Both the position numbers and the translations under genes were made by a program. Below are positions 24,001 to 38,907 of a DNA stretch of 64,000 nt, in pieces; position 1 is the first letter of the stretch; every line of letters starts with the position of its first letter. Below the pieces are notes generated by a model. The model saw only the letters and a list, made by a program, of their open reading frames with translations, was not told the origin of the DNA and ran no database searches. Source of the stretch: Ascidiella aspersa. Its lineage: Eukaryota. The stretch spans positions 14,756,001-14,820,000 of the forward strand of contig OZ004612.1 of assembly GCA_963924565.1 (NCBI GenBank), written 5' to 3'.

Positions 24001-27000
24001 AGTTTGCCGCCGAACTGACCTTTCCCGAATCTGAAGCCACTTCCTCTGGCCTTCTCAATGTTTCAGCTCAGGTAACTTTAGTTTTTTCTATTTTGTATTT
24101 CGTTGCGTATAAATACATATCAAATCTACGGGCAAATCTTATCAAATCTACGGGCATATAAGATATAACAACATTTTAAAAATATAGTGACCCTTTCTAT
24201 TGTTTCGACTAGTACTGTAATAAAATGTTGTTTGTAAGAGCATATTTTAACTGAAATAATCCTAAAAAAATAACCCACTGATATTTCTGCGCCCATTTTG
24301 TTTGTTTTTATCTTATCTACACTGTATAAATGGTAACAATTCCCATTTGAAGTTACTCAACAATACGCATAACAAAGTAACTTAACGATTGAAAAACTTT
24401 ATAGCTACGTAAAAGCAATATGTTGAACCCCTTTTCTTCAAATGATTTACTAACAAGTTTTGACAATCACGATGGTTTTAATTTTAAAACATGTCCTAAG
24501 CGCAAAGCAATGCTGTTCATAAAGTGACGAATATGTCTATTGTTCACTAAAATAATAGAACAATGAATTTGCTGTTGTCCAGTTTTGTTAAATTACTCAC
24601 GAATAATTTTAATTGGGCATTGTTGTGATTAAAATTATACCACTAGAAGTTTCCAGGAAAAGTATGACTGTTTCAGCGTTTTAACATATAACACCGTCAC
24701 AACAAAAATGCAACAAGTTTTTTCATTATTGTGTTTGCATGCTTGCTGTCATTTACACGAGCATCAATTGATATAAACAAAGGGATAATTCAAAAGTTTT
24801 TATTTTATAATGTTAGTTCTTTTGCAGTTAGTAACAATAATATGCCACGGTGATGCTGCCACACAATGAGGTGCATTGAAGCCACGTCGTGTTGCTTGAT
24901 ATTTTTAGGTACAGTGATAACGTCGAGTGTTTGACTTACAGCTTACTGAAATAAACCAGAAGTTCGCAGAGTCGAGTGGCTGTTTTTAGTTAATGATTTA
25001 ACTAACACTAACATAGTCGTCTTCGAAAATTTTTCGTTCACGAACGCGCGAAAATTACAATGAAACCCTAAGTTACAAGGCTACAGTGTATGGTAGTCGA
25101 TATAAAGCACTATAGCCGACGTAATAGCATAACTTACGAATGGCATTCCTTTACTCTAGTTGTGTCTTTACAGATAGACTAGCCGGTTGTGATCCTTGAT
25201 CAACACAAGTTCGTTAACATATCCGCTTAAAGAATCATTCTGTTTTTTGTCTTCATTGCAATAAAGAATAGAAGCATTTACAATATTGACTTGTAGCATA
25301 TTCGAGCTTTACCTCCAACTATTGTTTAAACTGAAGAACAGAGTTTGAATTTGAGCATGTAATTGTTACATGCGTCTTGTAGGTTTTTGGCATTCTTTTC
25401 ATCCACGTGGCTCAGGAACTGCAAAAGCTGGAGCCTCGGTATGCGACTAACATCTTCATGTGCGTCGCACTGTTGGTGGGAACTGGGATGACAGGTAAAA
25501 TACCCGATTTTTTACTGTGTTGTAACTATATAAATTATATATATAAAGGTTAACCGTTTAATATATGTGTAAATATAGAAGTACAAATATAACTGTGAGT
25601 AGTGAAGAGCGCTGAAAATATATTTGATTTACTTGCTATCAACTTTATCACATAAAACCTTATATTGCTGTCTCATGTATGAATGCTATGATGTTCACCT
25701 TGCGATATAAGATATTTTAAAATGCGAACGTTTTATGTAACTGAGTGCACTTTTTTATACTTTTTTCTAAATTACATTTGGGAATGTTTAAACTGAAATA
25801 CGAGTAAGGCAGCATGCAAAAGTGTAAATAAATGATACTTTGAAACATGTAATAATTTAGTTAATTTAAATCACGACGTGTTTCAAATAGGCAGAATTTA
25901 ATCAAACGCAGTGTTACAATTCTTAGCCTCTTTGCAGATCAATCAAAGAATACCTTTGATGGTAACATGCCGACATTAATGTTAATTCGAAAGCGGGTGT
26001 TAATGCCATCTGATTATGAAGTGTGAAATAAGTAATTTGACCCTGTCAAAGGTGCAATCCCGTTAGACGAAGCAACACAAAAATTTATACAATGTTGTTC
26101 TAAGTTCAAGTGTTTTTTCTGGATGTCTTTTAAACAGACCAGACGATCATATTTATGGCACCATGTAAGATAGTAATTCTCGGTATGAACGTTTAAATTA
26201 CTATGCAGTTTGCGATTTACGTCATATTTTTATGATAAAAATTATCTACATAAGACTTTGTTTTGTTACTGCAACGTAAATTGTCTTTTACAACGTGAAG
26301 CGATTTTCGCATTCGGCTGGAATAAGTCCTATTTACCACAGGGCATTTAAGTTAGATTTGTTATATTTCTCATTAATAGACACTTGTCCATTAGCGTTAT
26401 TTGCATAACGGAAAAAATAAACTGAAAGATTTTCCAGTTATCCAGTGTAGAAAACCTTTACACACCGAAAATAGCTCTTGGGTAACCGTAGTAAGCAACC
26501 CTGAAGTAATCAGTAAAGAACCTACGTCACGAATTCGAACTGTTAGCCACTTTAGCAAGGCGAAAACCGATTTGGATCACAAACCTGTTTAATCTAGGTA
26601 CGTGATTGGTTGGTCAATTCAATCGAAGGCAAGTTTCCATTTTTGGTAGTCGTTTTGATCGATGCTAATCCGATATTTTCCAGCGAGCCAGGCATATGTG
26701 GGTCGTCGTCTAATTTAATTATTCCCCATCAATGGTGGCTCGATCGATTTTGCGTCGTGCCTTGGTTGAAATAAACGTTGTCGTCACTTAAGTAGGCAAC
26801 GACTTATAATACGTACAGTAAGTTTCATTGTACAACAACAAAAAGTGTGGTTTATATGATTGAACCGTAAATCCGCGGAACGTTGAAAAAGTTTGGATGA
26901 AAAACGACAAATGCCAATGCGTGAGCCAAACTTGCTTGTATAATTGAAACATGTCTGATTGTCTGGTGAGAAGGAACAAACTATTTTTAATTATATTAAT

Positions 27001-28737
27001 ATCTTTTATCTGGGAAACGAACCTCCCGTTGTGTTGTTCTTTTGACTGAAATTATTGGAACCATTGCTGTACTATTCCTCATTCACGTTTTTCGAACGTA
27101 CATTGTAACGTACATTCGAACGTACATTGAACGTACATTTTGGTTTTATTTCCATGCGATCCACATAATACTTTTTTAACATCTAGTTAAAGGTTGGCAA
27201 AAAATAGTAAATTGAGCAGGGCCTGTACAAATTAAACGTAAGCCGTAATGGTTAGTCAAAAAGCAGCTTCAGAAGTGCTAGATCACAGTTGTTAATATAC
27301 ATATGTGTGTGGATGTTTCATTGAGCAGATCCTTTTGTTTTGTTCTCATTTAAAGGACAGAACAAGCTTTATGCACTAAAAATGAAGTAGCTAAGTTTGC
27401 GCAACTTTGATTACGGAGTTTCGTTGAAAGTATAGGGCCTTATATAAGAGATTCCTCAAACGGGATAACAGTCTCAAAAACAAATAGGATTTTCGCGAAG
27501 CGCCGAAACTTTACTACTGTGTTAGAAATGAAATATAAATTTAGGAAAGCCGCCGTGGCCGTGTGCAGTTTTATTTGAGATCATTCTGAAAAATGATGGC
27601 CAAGATTTTTTTGCAAGCAAGATTCTTTCATCAAAAGAGCCATATATTGCTCGCGAGCCATAGGTTCCTGACCCCTGCCTTAGGGCCCACCAATAGGTTT
27701 CTTTAAACCGTGAAATTGTTTTTCCTGTTTCGTAAATTGGTTGCTTTTTTGTCATAAACTAAAACACACATTGAACCTGTCAGGCCGTCAAGCATAAGTT
27801 ACTTATACAATTTCTTATGAATTTTAAATGAATTAATGTTGTTTCTGAGCAAGGCACATCGTAAATAATTTCCTTTAAACAACTTCAAATATCGGTATAA
27901 ATCAACTCTGCTTTGCTTCTTTTAGTTGCAATCAAGTCTAACCTGAAGAGGCAAGCTGCCAACAATGCCAAGGTTTGTCTGTTAATTTAGTACAATGAAA
28001 AACGATGAAGATATTCGAAATTGTGATCCTATATATATTTACGTATATATATTTTGTGACCATGTTTGTATTTTATTTACAGCACAATAACTGTAATCCG
28101 TTAAAAATACCATCTAAAATTAAATGTACAAAATTTGTTGTCAACTTAAATCTTGTAAAGTGTTTTTTTATACATCTCGTTTCTTGAGTAGGGAACAGTT
28201 ACTAATTTTCGTATTAAACTATATTTAACTTAACATCTCTCTAGTTTAGGGTTTTTTAAATATGTAGCGTGTCCTCCGTGGGAGGCATAAAGGAGTGTCA
28301 AGGGGCGAGAAGGACTCCCTAAAACACCTTTTTTTATTTATTTAATATTAGGTTTTGCCAACACGAATATATTTTTCTAGTTATACTTTTTACCGTGACT
28401 AACACACATTATTTTATTTCAATCACTTAATCCAGTGATTCTCACATATTAACAGTGTGTAAAGGGGGCGCAGTTAAAAAAAATTAAAAACCTCTGCTTT
28501 AGTTTGCCATCCTCAGACGTCAATCGAACATTACAAAATTCATTTAACTTTTAGCCTGTCGACAATGACGAAAAAACGATCGCTTTATCACATCTTTCTC
28601 CGTCAGCTACCAATCACAACAGCAATAACAGCAATAATGGCGCGGTTTCCTTTCAAGAAGAAAGCCAGGAAGAAGACGCTAAGCTCATCCGACTTGCGTC
28701 TGCCTCATCCTGTTACAGCGCTGGTCCGGATTGGTAG
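15090..28737 (+). CDS. FLVCR1/2: FLVCR-family (SLC49A) MFS transporter, choline/ethanolamine transporter homolog, ~546 aa, 11 coding exons
   Basis: Exons 15090-15570, 15808-15929, 17975-18116, 19731-19895, 21413-21480, 23231-23334, 23590-23700, 23966-24071, 25383-25494, 27926-27972, 28555-28737 (1641 nt, open frame). Family motifs: [96 protein letters not shown]. Confidence 0.93.
17230..17520 (-). mobile_element. Possible degenerate tRNA-derived SINE in FLVCR intron 2
   Basis: The minus strand begins gtgccttaggtggttaa (A-box-like) ... gaattcgttt (B-box-like), in a GC-richer block than its surroundings. No second copy was confirmed in the window. Confidence 0.3.
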
Positions 28738-30580
28738 AATCGCTTTTCATTTAAAAAGTGGCATTGTGCGAAAAGCTTTTCGCTAACCGTTTTTTTTTTG
28801 CTGACAGAGGCGCTATTATACGTACTAGGAAAAATGTTTAACATTTTAAGTGGTGCATTGTTTCGAACTGTTCTGATGGATTACATAGTGGTGTATTTTT
28901 GTACTTTAAACCCACTCTGTTACCAAAACAGTTTAAAGAAACACGAGTTTGTCAACTGATGAGTATCGCGCAAATACTAGCCTCGAAAATTGTTAAGTAT
29001 TAGGGCACTACCTATCAGACAGTATGCCGCCGCGAAAAGTATTTGAATTATATTCGTATGTCGCATTATTCTTATTCTTACTTTCACTACTATTTGGAGG
29101 GCCTTGTTTGTTTGCCACACTTTTGTTTTGACAATGTACTTCTTACAACCGTAAAACACATTTTTAGTGTTTTGCTCAATAAGCGAATTTCTAGGCTGAG
29201 TTTTAAAAGTCGGTACCGGTCATAGATTCTCACATCAGACCTTTAACTTTTCTGTTTCATCCAATGCTAGATCACCGTTGACTTGAAATTTTGTTTATAA
29301 TATTGGCGGAGATTAAAATCAGTTATTTCATTGAAACGTTACCAACTCATATTAGATCCCTTATTTATTGATAACGTAAACAATTGACGAAGTAGCTGGC
29401 TGTTATTGCCCAAGTAAAATAGCAGCGACCTGTCTTGGCAGAAACTTTTGTTTGTTGTGGGATCCAAAAACTCATCCTCGTGGAAATAAACTCGATTTTG
29501 TCGATGGCAATTATAATAATGCTCTGCGCTACAAGCGATTTACCTCCTCTTATGCAGAGTTTCTTAAAGTTTTTAGTCTGCGAACTCTTCAAAGTAATTG
29601 ACGTTTTCTGCGATTCTTTATGTTTAAAATGACAAAAGCAACCATATTTGTATTTGTAGTCGGTAGGAATATACAACTAAGTTGGGGATTTTGTTCTACT
29701 CGTTTTGATATTAATATACCATGGATAAAAAATACAATGGTCAAGGCGTTAGCTATTTGTAAAATTATAATAGTCCTACTTGTGACCCCTAAAACGTGTT
29801 GCGCAACCCTTTGAAGGATCGTGTCCATTAGTTTGGAAAGCTCTGTTACTTTCATGTAATATGAAGTTGATGAAACAACTTTGATCTGATAATTAGAATC
29901 CGTCAGTCTGTGGGTATAATATTTAGTCGCAATTAAAATCGCCGCACTTCGAATTTTGTTTTGGTTTCTTTACTCCTGCGTACATGACCTTACTTCTTCC
30001 TTGTTCGTAAAAAACGTTGAAAAAAAGGTTCAGTTGGGAATATTTGTCTAATATTCAAACAATGGTATGTTTATATCCTAACATACTGCGCCGTGTTGTT
30101 TAATAACACTTTTCCATCTGTATTATAGCATATCAACAAAACAAGACATATTTACATACTAGAACTATAAATGTTAAATGCTATTTGATGTCACGTATGT
30201 TGACGAGCTGTGCAAATGTTAACTTGTCGTCGAATTTTCCTCATTTAAGCTTTTGTTTTCGAATTTTCCTCTTTTAAGCTTTGTTTTTGTTATATTCATA
30301 ATACAAATGCTTACTTCATTATTGCTGTATTGGATTAAAGTAGGTAGTTGTCGAACATGCGAACGGTAAAACCTATATAGTGAATCTACACTCGATATTA
30401 AACACAAGTTTAATTTCAGACGAAGGGTCTGTAATTGCCATATTTTTTATTGATTTTACAATATTATCAAGTCACCTTTAGAGACCGAATTTCTGTGTTT
30501 TGTTGTGTTTTGCAAAATTGGCGTTTTAGTAAATTATTCTGTAACCTTATAAATAAACATTGATTTGTGCCCTGAAACCA

Positions 30581-31047
30581 TAGTGCTCCACAACCAGTGC
30601 ACCGTTAGATCATGTATAAGGTGTGCTGCGGTGTTCCCTGAGTTTTTAGTTGCATTTTTCCAAATAACATTTTTGGTAGAAATAACTGAAGAAAGAATAA
30701 GACTAGCATTTTGACCGTATGTAATAAGGTGTAACTTTATGAACGTTTAATTTTCGAAATGCCCTTCGAAAGAAATAATTAATGTCTTCTGATTCGCTCT
30801 TGCAAGCTATTAGACTTGACTAGCACCATATTTAAAAATCTACCCTAAAACAACCAAATTATAAAATAAATCAGTTTTATACTTTTTGTGGCTCTGATGA
30901 AGTTTATAAAAATGCTCATTTCGCAATGACTACATTAGATATTTGCTCGTGTGTTTCACTACCAAATATTTTGTGGATGTACTAATTAGTGTTAGCTCTG
31001 TTACGACTGTTAGTGTGCCGCCTGTGAAAAAAGTTTGCTAAACACTG
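30581..31047. mobile_element. hAT-like MITE related to family A
   Basis: Starts tagtgctccacaacc (cf. cagtgctctacaacc) and ends ...gtgtgccgcctgtgaaaaaagtttgctaaacactg, with gtgtgccgc subterminal motifs as in 9150-9888. Confidence 0.6.
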
Positions 31048-31104
31048 GTGTAGCTGGTGGGTTTTTTTAGCTTTAGTTTCATGACCCGACACGCCACTGC
31101 TGTG

Positions 31105-31380
31105 CAGGGCTGGAGAGTCGGTTAAAAATAACCCGAGTCCGACTCCGGTCAAATTTTCCAATTAATCGAGTTCCGAGTTCGACCCTGACTCTTCAGCCTG
31201 TATTCCGCCAATTTACCTAACTAAATTAACGTGGATATTCAGCAATCCACTTGTAGGGGTGTCATACAATTCATTCACTCACAATATGGTTGAAAAATAT
31301 TCCACCATATGCTATTCCACCTTTACAATTTCATATCAAAATTTGTTACTGCGCATGCTCCAGTCAGACTCGGGTGCGGT
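31105..31380 (+). mobile_element. Partial hAT MITE, family B (GAGTC/GACTC repeats)
   Basis: cagggctggagagtcggttaaaaataacccgagtc... is colinear with 59101-59440 (gcctgtattc, ggatattcag.aatccactt, aaatattccaccatatgcta). Confidence 0.75.
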
Positions 31381-34300
31381 TTTAGTCTTTCTCGGGGTAT
31401 TGTTGTTACTGTGTTATCAGTTACCGTAGGCCTACTTGTATAAAAATAAAATTACAATAGTTTTGTTATTTAAACAATTCTAGAAGAGAGTGCGAGAATT
31501 GATTGGTGATTTCTGAGACAAGTCTAACATATAGAGGCAAGTCTTGTCTGCGGGATAGCAGCTGAAAGCTCTTCAATTGACTGAGAATGTCTTAATACTG
31601 CCTTGGCCTTGGGTGTAAGTTAAACTGACCTCTGTTTAGTACAGCAAACCAGTTGACAGAAATAAGTTTGCCTCTTAGTACGACAAGTTAAGGTTTTGAA
31701 TTCACAATGCGTTTTAGGTCGTGCGAACCCGTAAAACCAAGCTACAGCCTACGCTAAATACCACAGGTTACTTTGCAGGTGCTTTGGTTGACGTAGTGTT
31801 ACCGGTACAATAACACTCGATTATTGTTGCAAAACGTGGCTTTCGACTAACCTGGCTGGATTTCTGTCGTCTCACAAACATTTTTTTTGTTTATTTTTTT
31901 TACGTTACTAATTTGAATTCCAAGTCCCAACGATAAACTCATAGATCGTTTAAATCGGTAGGTGGCTCGAAACTACATCGATTTTCTTACCATTGTCACA
32001 GCGCTTGTCTGATAGCGCCACCTAGCATTCGGATATGTCATTTGGAATGTTCTGTCTAGGCTACGACTAACTATCATGCGGATCTTCGTCAAAGAGAGAT
32101 ATCTTGCGATGTTTCAATTGACAAACAACCATTTTTCACTAATTTACAGCTTGGGATCGACAGATTAAATCTTGTTTATTCGAGTTTGCACGCTTCGTTG
32201 TGGCATATTGAGTAACCGGCTTACGAATTGTCCTTGGAATCTTAGTATAACTACTAAATATGAAAATAGAGATGTTAAACTTATTTGTGTTGAATTGAAA
32301 TGAGGTTGACTCATAACTACAATGTAATAATAAAACCCGCAGTAAGACACACAATGTTCTCTGTAATAAAACAATTTATTACAATTCATATATTGTTGTT
32401 GAACCTAAACCTTACACTTTAACACAATGCATAAATTTGTTACCGTTAGAAAATGTTAATAATTCTTTTTATAGCAGATTGTATATACCGTAGTTAAGGC
32501 GCGCGACAAGATATTAATTTGGCAAACAATTCGTAGGTTTATTGCTGAATTCAGAGTCCTGTAATACAGAACGCGGTTTTGATTTCCACATTAATTTCCT
32601 GCCTTTTCAATTCAGCAAACTAGAAAAGGTGTTTCTCGGCATTGTCGATCGTGCGGTCAATCATTGTTATACAGGTGTAACGAAATATTGGTTAATTAAT
32701 ATAATGAAAACGCAACCGCGATTTACGCAATAGCCTATCTTTCTCGGTAGACCGGACTGCCAATTGACCAACAACGAATACCTATAGTGCCACGATTGCT
32801 GAATTTTTATAGTGTAAATGTGAGTTGTATTTCAGAGTATAATTGTTAGAGGTTTTAATTAGACGTAGTAAGAATATCAAAGGTTGGCCTAACATATTCA
32901 AAACGTTTAAGGTTGCCTATACTAAATATTGGTTAACCAAGTATCATCAAATCACTCGCTTGCCAAACATTTTAGACGTCAAAAGTTACGCCAGGTTTGA
33001 CGTCACGGAATTGCGTCAAAGCGTAACGTTACAACAGTACATCTGATGGTGGCGATAATTTTGTAGTTTGATTGTTAAAATCGGTTTGGCGGAATGGCGT
33101 TGATCTCGCTCAGATCTTCCCTGCTGAAGACAAACTCTTGTCGGGAATTTATTCAGGGCCTTTTAATAAGATGTGGCGACTAAACATTCAACATAAAGAT
33201 CAAACGTAATTTTATCCTAATGTGTGCAGGAATTAGCAAAAAATTATTCAATACCAAATTACATAAAAGTATTTAAAATGTTTTCCCCAACCAAAATTGA
33301 AGCAGCTTTTCAAGAAAGGCACTGCTTATAAATGGAATGCCGGTTGACAATCGGTGCATTTTTTACGGGATGGTAAAGTTCGTTTTTCGTATTTTGTGGT
33401 CACTATGTTTTAGGCCACCAAAAAGGTATACAATATATTTACTAGTTTCGCTACAATACAAACGGTAATAATTTCGTATGTGGATCTACAAGATTGCATT
33501 TGCTCAACGATATAATCTACGATTCACAAAGTGTTACTATTCAGGTGTCAGCAAACAAAAACGTTAATAACGTAAACAACCAATTTTTGCTGTTCGCTGC
33601 TCGTACTGGTTACTTAGTGCCATTAAGGATCGATTAAAAGAGTTTCGATTTCTTTATTTGGATTACGCTGCTGTTTTGTCGAGCTTATTCAACACAGCTT
33701 TTGACATATAGCCGTCATTATGTGCAGTATAGTGGTTCTCGGACCTTATATGTAACAGACAGATTGTAATTCTTCTGGAAATTGCACATCCACTCGTTAA
33801 ACAAATCTAAACGTAAAATTGTTTCCATATAGATAACCTACGAGCTGGCAAAAGTTCCCACCATATGGTTCACGCAGGTTTGGCAAAACTTCCATTGGCT
33901 GTCCAATTCGTCGACACAAAAGGTCATACTGTATCATGAAATGTGCGTTTACCAATAGGCTATATTTCTATGTAAAACACAAATACTAAAACCTTCAACA
34001 ATTCAAACAACAAATATTAAACAACATAATAGTGTCGAACTTTTTATCAATTGTAAAATGCATATAAAGAAAACAATATTGGAGCAACGTCATAGGTGGC
34101 CAGTTGATACGGAAAAATGTAATATTAATAACCGGAAAACGAGTAGGTTTAAAACGGGTTGTCAATTTATCGACAATGTGTTTACTATTCCAAGTTATAA
34201 TTCGCAATTATATGTCTACCCAATCGTTGAAATGCACATGATTCATCGATTAGAACGCATTAAGAAATCGATCGAAATCCATTTCCGTTGATAAGAAAAC

Positions 34301-37300
34301 TATATTTCTAACATATAAAATCACCTTTAGATGGACAACAGTGCATCAATAAAGTTATTTGCATGACATTCAATTCTTCGATTTATTGACATTTTTATCA
34401 AAAACAATTTTTGACAATGGTATCAAAACATAATTTATCAGGGAAAATTTAATCATAGTGCATTTTCTAGAAGACTTGAGTGTTGTTTTCCTGATGACAA
34501 GTTTGCGTTATTTCTCAAAGAGCAGTAACTTTGTTTTGCTGCTTGCAACTTTCTTGTTTAGAGAAAGCAAGTTTTTCTGGCCTATTACGCACTCAGCGAT
34601 AACATAGCATAACAAATGATAAATGCATGACGCACGCCACTGCAGATAAAGAAGGATAACCCATCACACTGGAAATACTGTATATAGTACATTTTTAAAC
34701 TTTTAAATCACGCAATGGCGACGTCGCCGCTCGATGAAAACGTGCGTCACCCACGTCCTGCGTCACTTGCGATAAAACTGACCGGCCAAGTTCATTGCTT
34801 GGTGGCGATAAAATCTCTCGTGACGCCCACTTTTGGAATGCAGATGCAGGTAAAACGATTTGGTCGAAGCCGTTGCGCCTCTGCTTTAAATTACCCGGGC
34901 TTCGGTCTGGCTCATTAAAATTTGATGGCGAGCGAGCGCAAGAACGCGAAGTGTTCGGAGAAATTTACCGTCAGCCTAAACAAACAAAAAGCAATAGTTT
35001 CAGGTCGCGACCATTGCATGTTTTCTGACGTTGGTTGCATTGGATTGAGCGACAACACGTCGAAAATAATCGCTTTCCGAAATAGCGTAAGATGTAAATC
35101 AAACAATTGTCTCGTAAAAGAATGACTTCGTTTATTTAGTTGTGTTTCGAAATTGAGTCTTGTCGAGAGTCAGTAAACTTCAGACAACTTATTGGACCAG
35201 TGCACTGCGGATTTCAATAAAGAATTATTTGTGTCTTGAAAATTAATTTATTATTATAGTCAAATGTTTTTATAAAACTATGTTGTTTGGAAAAATATTT
35301 GTAGGGTGAAAACATTTTTGAACATTTTCCCTTTGTGCAATACTACAGGTCTTATAGTGATCGTTATTTATCCTTCGATTCTGTAAGTAACGTTTTGCAG
35401 CAAAATTGTACGAAAACAGCTCACATCAGATTTACGGTAAAGCATAAAATTTACCAAGAAATATAAATGTCTTGCTTGTATTTTTTGTAAAGTTGAAGAT
35501 CAGACTCGTGTGATTTGATCATTATCATTGTGCTGGCGTATATAGGGCTGCAAAATGCATCTTTTTAGCGGCCCTTGGTGCAGCAAATGTATTACGTGTT
35601 GTGATGATTAGCATTCATAAATATAAATTTGTTTAAAAACATTAGGCTATATTACAATCGTCTAATATTCGTTATGCTTACCGACCAATTAAATGCTTTA
35701 TTTTGGTGATCCGAACGTTATAAGAATGACATCGCATTTCACAAAAAAAATTAAACATATGATAAATTAGTACAAGAGTACATCAACATAAAATACTTTA
35801 TCAAAGGCGTAGATTGATTATTGAAGGCAAACGAGTCACCAATGCCGCACGTTAGACGACAGGCATGTAAGTCTGCTTTAAAGTTTGGAAATTCCTTACA
35901 TCCGCTTAGATTAACCCTTATCGCATACTGACTTCCTCAATATTTATTGCCGCATGAAGCTTGTTCTTCATGCAAAGGTTGAAAGTGTAAAATGGGATTG
36001 ATAAATCGAGATAAATTCCTCCTCGTATGCAATCTTGTGCACATAAAAGCAAAACATTAAATAAATTGTACAACGATTTTCAAAGTTTGACCACAAATTA
36101 TGTTCATAGACAGTATACGAACTGATTCATGGTAACGCATTTGGCGTAGTTTAAGACGTAAATTGATTTAGTTGTATGCAGAAAACCTTGTGTTATGGCT
36201 AGTTTAGATAATAGCAAATTTATCTCATACTCCTGGGCATTATTGGGTCGTATTTTGAGCGCTAGTCATTCCAGATCACTCTCATTTATACAAAATATTT
36301 TCAGGATGTTAACAAAACAGTAAAAGGCAATCAAAAAAATGCATAAAACAATCTAACTTAATGTGAAATTTGTAATGTTTTGCAAAAAGTTTAATGCATT
36401 GCCATTTTCCTTGTTAAATTTTGCTTTGTTGTTTGGAAATTATCAATGCCGTTAAAAGAAGAATTAAGTTTTTTTGCATGACAACATAAATTGGCTGAAA
36501 ATTGAGTAACAGTTTTAACGCAAGAATATTTGATTCAATGACTAATTGAAAACTGATTAAAAATATATTTCGCCTGGTGAAAAAAGTTGTTTGATTTTTG
36601 GGAATAATCCGACTTTGCTTTTTAACCGTTTTCTGTACCGTATTTCCTACTTATGTAACGTGCCAGATTCACATCCCGTCTAATCTCTAACGTGCCAGAT
36701 TTCGCGCCCGTCTAATCTCTGTCACTTATTGCACAAAATCGGTGTAAAAGCACCGTAGCGTTTTGGTAGTGTCGTTTATAATCTGTTGCAACAAAACTTG
36801 TCCTCCCTTTGTTATCCATAAGTCGATGGTGGCAACATTTATTTGGGGAACAAAGCACGGAAGCTTGTCGTGGTTTGACACTTTACTGGGGCTTCGTATT
36901 AATCATGTCGCAAGGGGCTCTCACGTAGGCGAGAACTCATACAGGGTTGAGGTGGACTTGTGAACCTTCCTGTACCAAACAAGTCTCTGAACGTCGAAGG
37001 TTAAGAACGGATGCCTTCACGGTTTGTTTACTGTTTTCACGTCTGGCCGCCTAAAGTTGACGCTACGAATGTTATTCATTTATTTACTTGTTATGGCTTA
37101 GTTTGGTATTGATAATTTCGCTTTAGTTTAAGTTTTTGACCTAATAATAAATGTTAACAACAAAGAGTATATAATTCGTTTAAAACACTACCCGTTTCAA
37201 GTGGATTCAATAACGACTACTCATAAATGCCGCATAAATATTCCTGACAAATTCATTGAATTGCAGTGGTAAACACAACACGACTCCTTCATTATTCATG

Positions 37301-38907
37301 AAATAAATTTAGGTTTAAACACCTTATCCTTTTGTCATAAAACCTCATTGAAATAGAATACATCATGACCCGTTTAGAAAGCTTATCGAATTAACCTGGC
37401 GCAGACAGCTATACAAAATAAAATAATTTCACTGAAAAAGAGTTGCACGACATATCCACTACACGTAACCTATAACAAATTGCTGTGCGTTTTATTTGAA
37501 TAGAGTTATGCGAGTAATTTATAAAATAATAGCGCAACGTGTGTCTAAAGCAGAGATGTTTGCCAGAAGTTGCCACTGCCTTAACGCGACAAGCCAGGCA
37601 TGACCTTTTTCTATTCAGAGTAAGCCTTTTTCACTGCTGCTTCGACCGGCTTACAACAGACCGACATACATTGATAGCCTTCACTTTCAGTGTGTAGGAA
37701 GACCACGCCGGTCTTTGTGTGAAGGGTTTTATAATTTAGTTAAGGTCACATTAATATTTAGGTAGACACGAACCAATTAGACGAGTGAAAAAGTTCGTTA
37801 AATTCGTGTTTCGTGACAATGTCAGTATCCCTGTGTTTTGAAGGAGAGCGTTACTTTAGGAAAATGGAATAGCTTTATAACAAATACTAACATTCGGTTG
37901 TGAAATCGTTGAGATATGTCCATAAACGCCCGCGTGTTTACTTATTTAATGTGTAGAACTTTTTGTTACAGAACCAGCTTAAACCTATGTCGAGGGCCAA
38001 TAAGGCGCCGCGTTTATCAACCCCTGCCTTTACACGAAACATAGGCGTTACTTTTTGTATTTAGCATCTGTAAACAATACATAACCTTAGGATATCATTA
38101 TATTTTAAAAACATATTCATATAGTTCGCTGTTGTTAACCTGCTTCCATTTTTAGTCCCACATGCTTTGTCGAAATTTGTGTTTTGTTTTAAAAGCCAAT
38201 GTCTACTTATGTAGCAAGACGTTACTAAAATACTTAACAGTACGAGACAGTGTCATGGCGAATAGACTGTAAAGACATAGACAGTAAAAAATATCACCTC
38301 TATTAAGACTATTTATTGTCACTTCCACTCCACTATAGCGTTATTATATTTATTGTTTTCGCTTTGTCGTAAGCGCTGTAGCCACAAAGTTGTGTTTTAA
38401 TCTGATTCGCAGAAATTAAAAAACGAACCAGATGCTTTAACGTACAGGTTGTGGTAAACGTCTACGACGAGCAATTTAACGTGCTTTCGTGTGAGCTATT
38501 TGTTATTATTAGGTTTAACACGTATTAGGACCCATACGCGGTACATAAATATCAAAATCTGTCATTAATCAAACAAAATGAGAGGGTTATATTGCGACCA
38601 ACTTAGGCTACATGTCGGCATTTTGCAGGCCTCATATTTAGCCAAGCTTGCTCACGCGTAAAACAAAAATGTCGACTCCAATTAATCGATAAAATCTATT
38701 AATAAACACTTCTAAGTTCTAAGGTTGGGTAAAGTTTGTTTTTTGAGCAAGGAGGTACCTCATATCAGAAGTTGATTTGATAACCTCTGTCCCTTGTGCT
38801 TTGTTCGTTGTTAGTGAAACCAGTAAGTTAATTCGCCATCTCTATCATGATGTGTTTAATATGCTACAGTATTATTTGTAAATATTTTTTGGTATTGTTA
38901 TCAAATG

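Noticed and set aside
28956-28990. CTGATGA...GAAA resembling a second hammerhead core
   Set aside because: Stem II and stem I cannot be formed convincingly, and there is no suitable NUH site.
34715-35125. Cluster of short ORFs in a CpG-rich patch
   Set aside because: No recognisable protein motifs or consistent splice phases. More likely regulatory DNA.
10210-36720. Several tiny tandem duplications (near 10210, 21196, 24118, 27094, 36657)
   Set aside because: Ordinary 12-30 bp slippage or repair duplications with no shared sequence or evident function.
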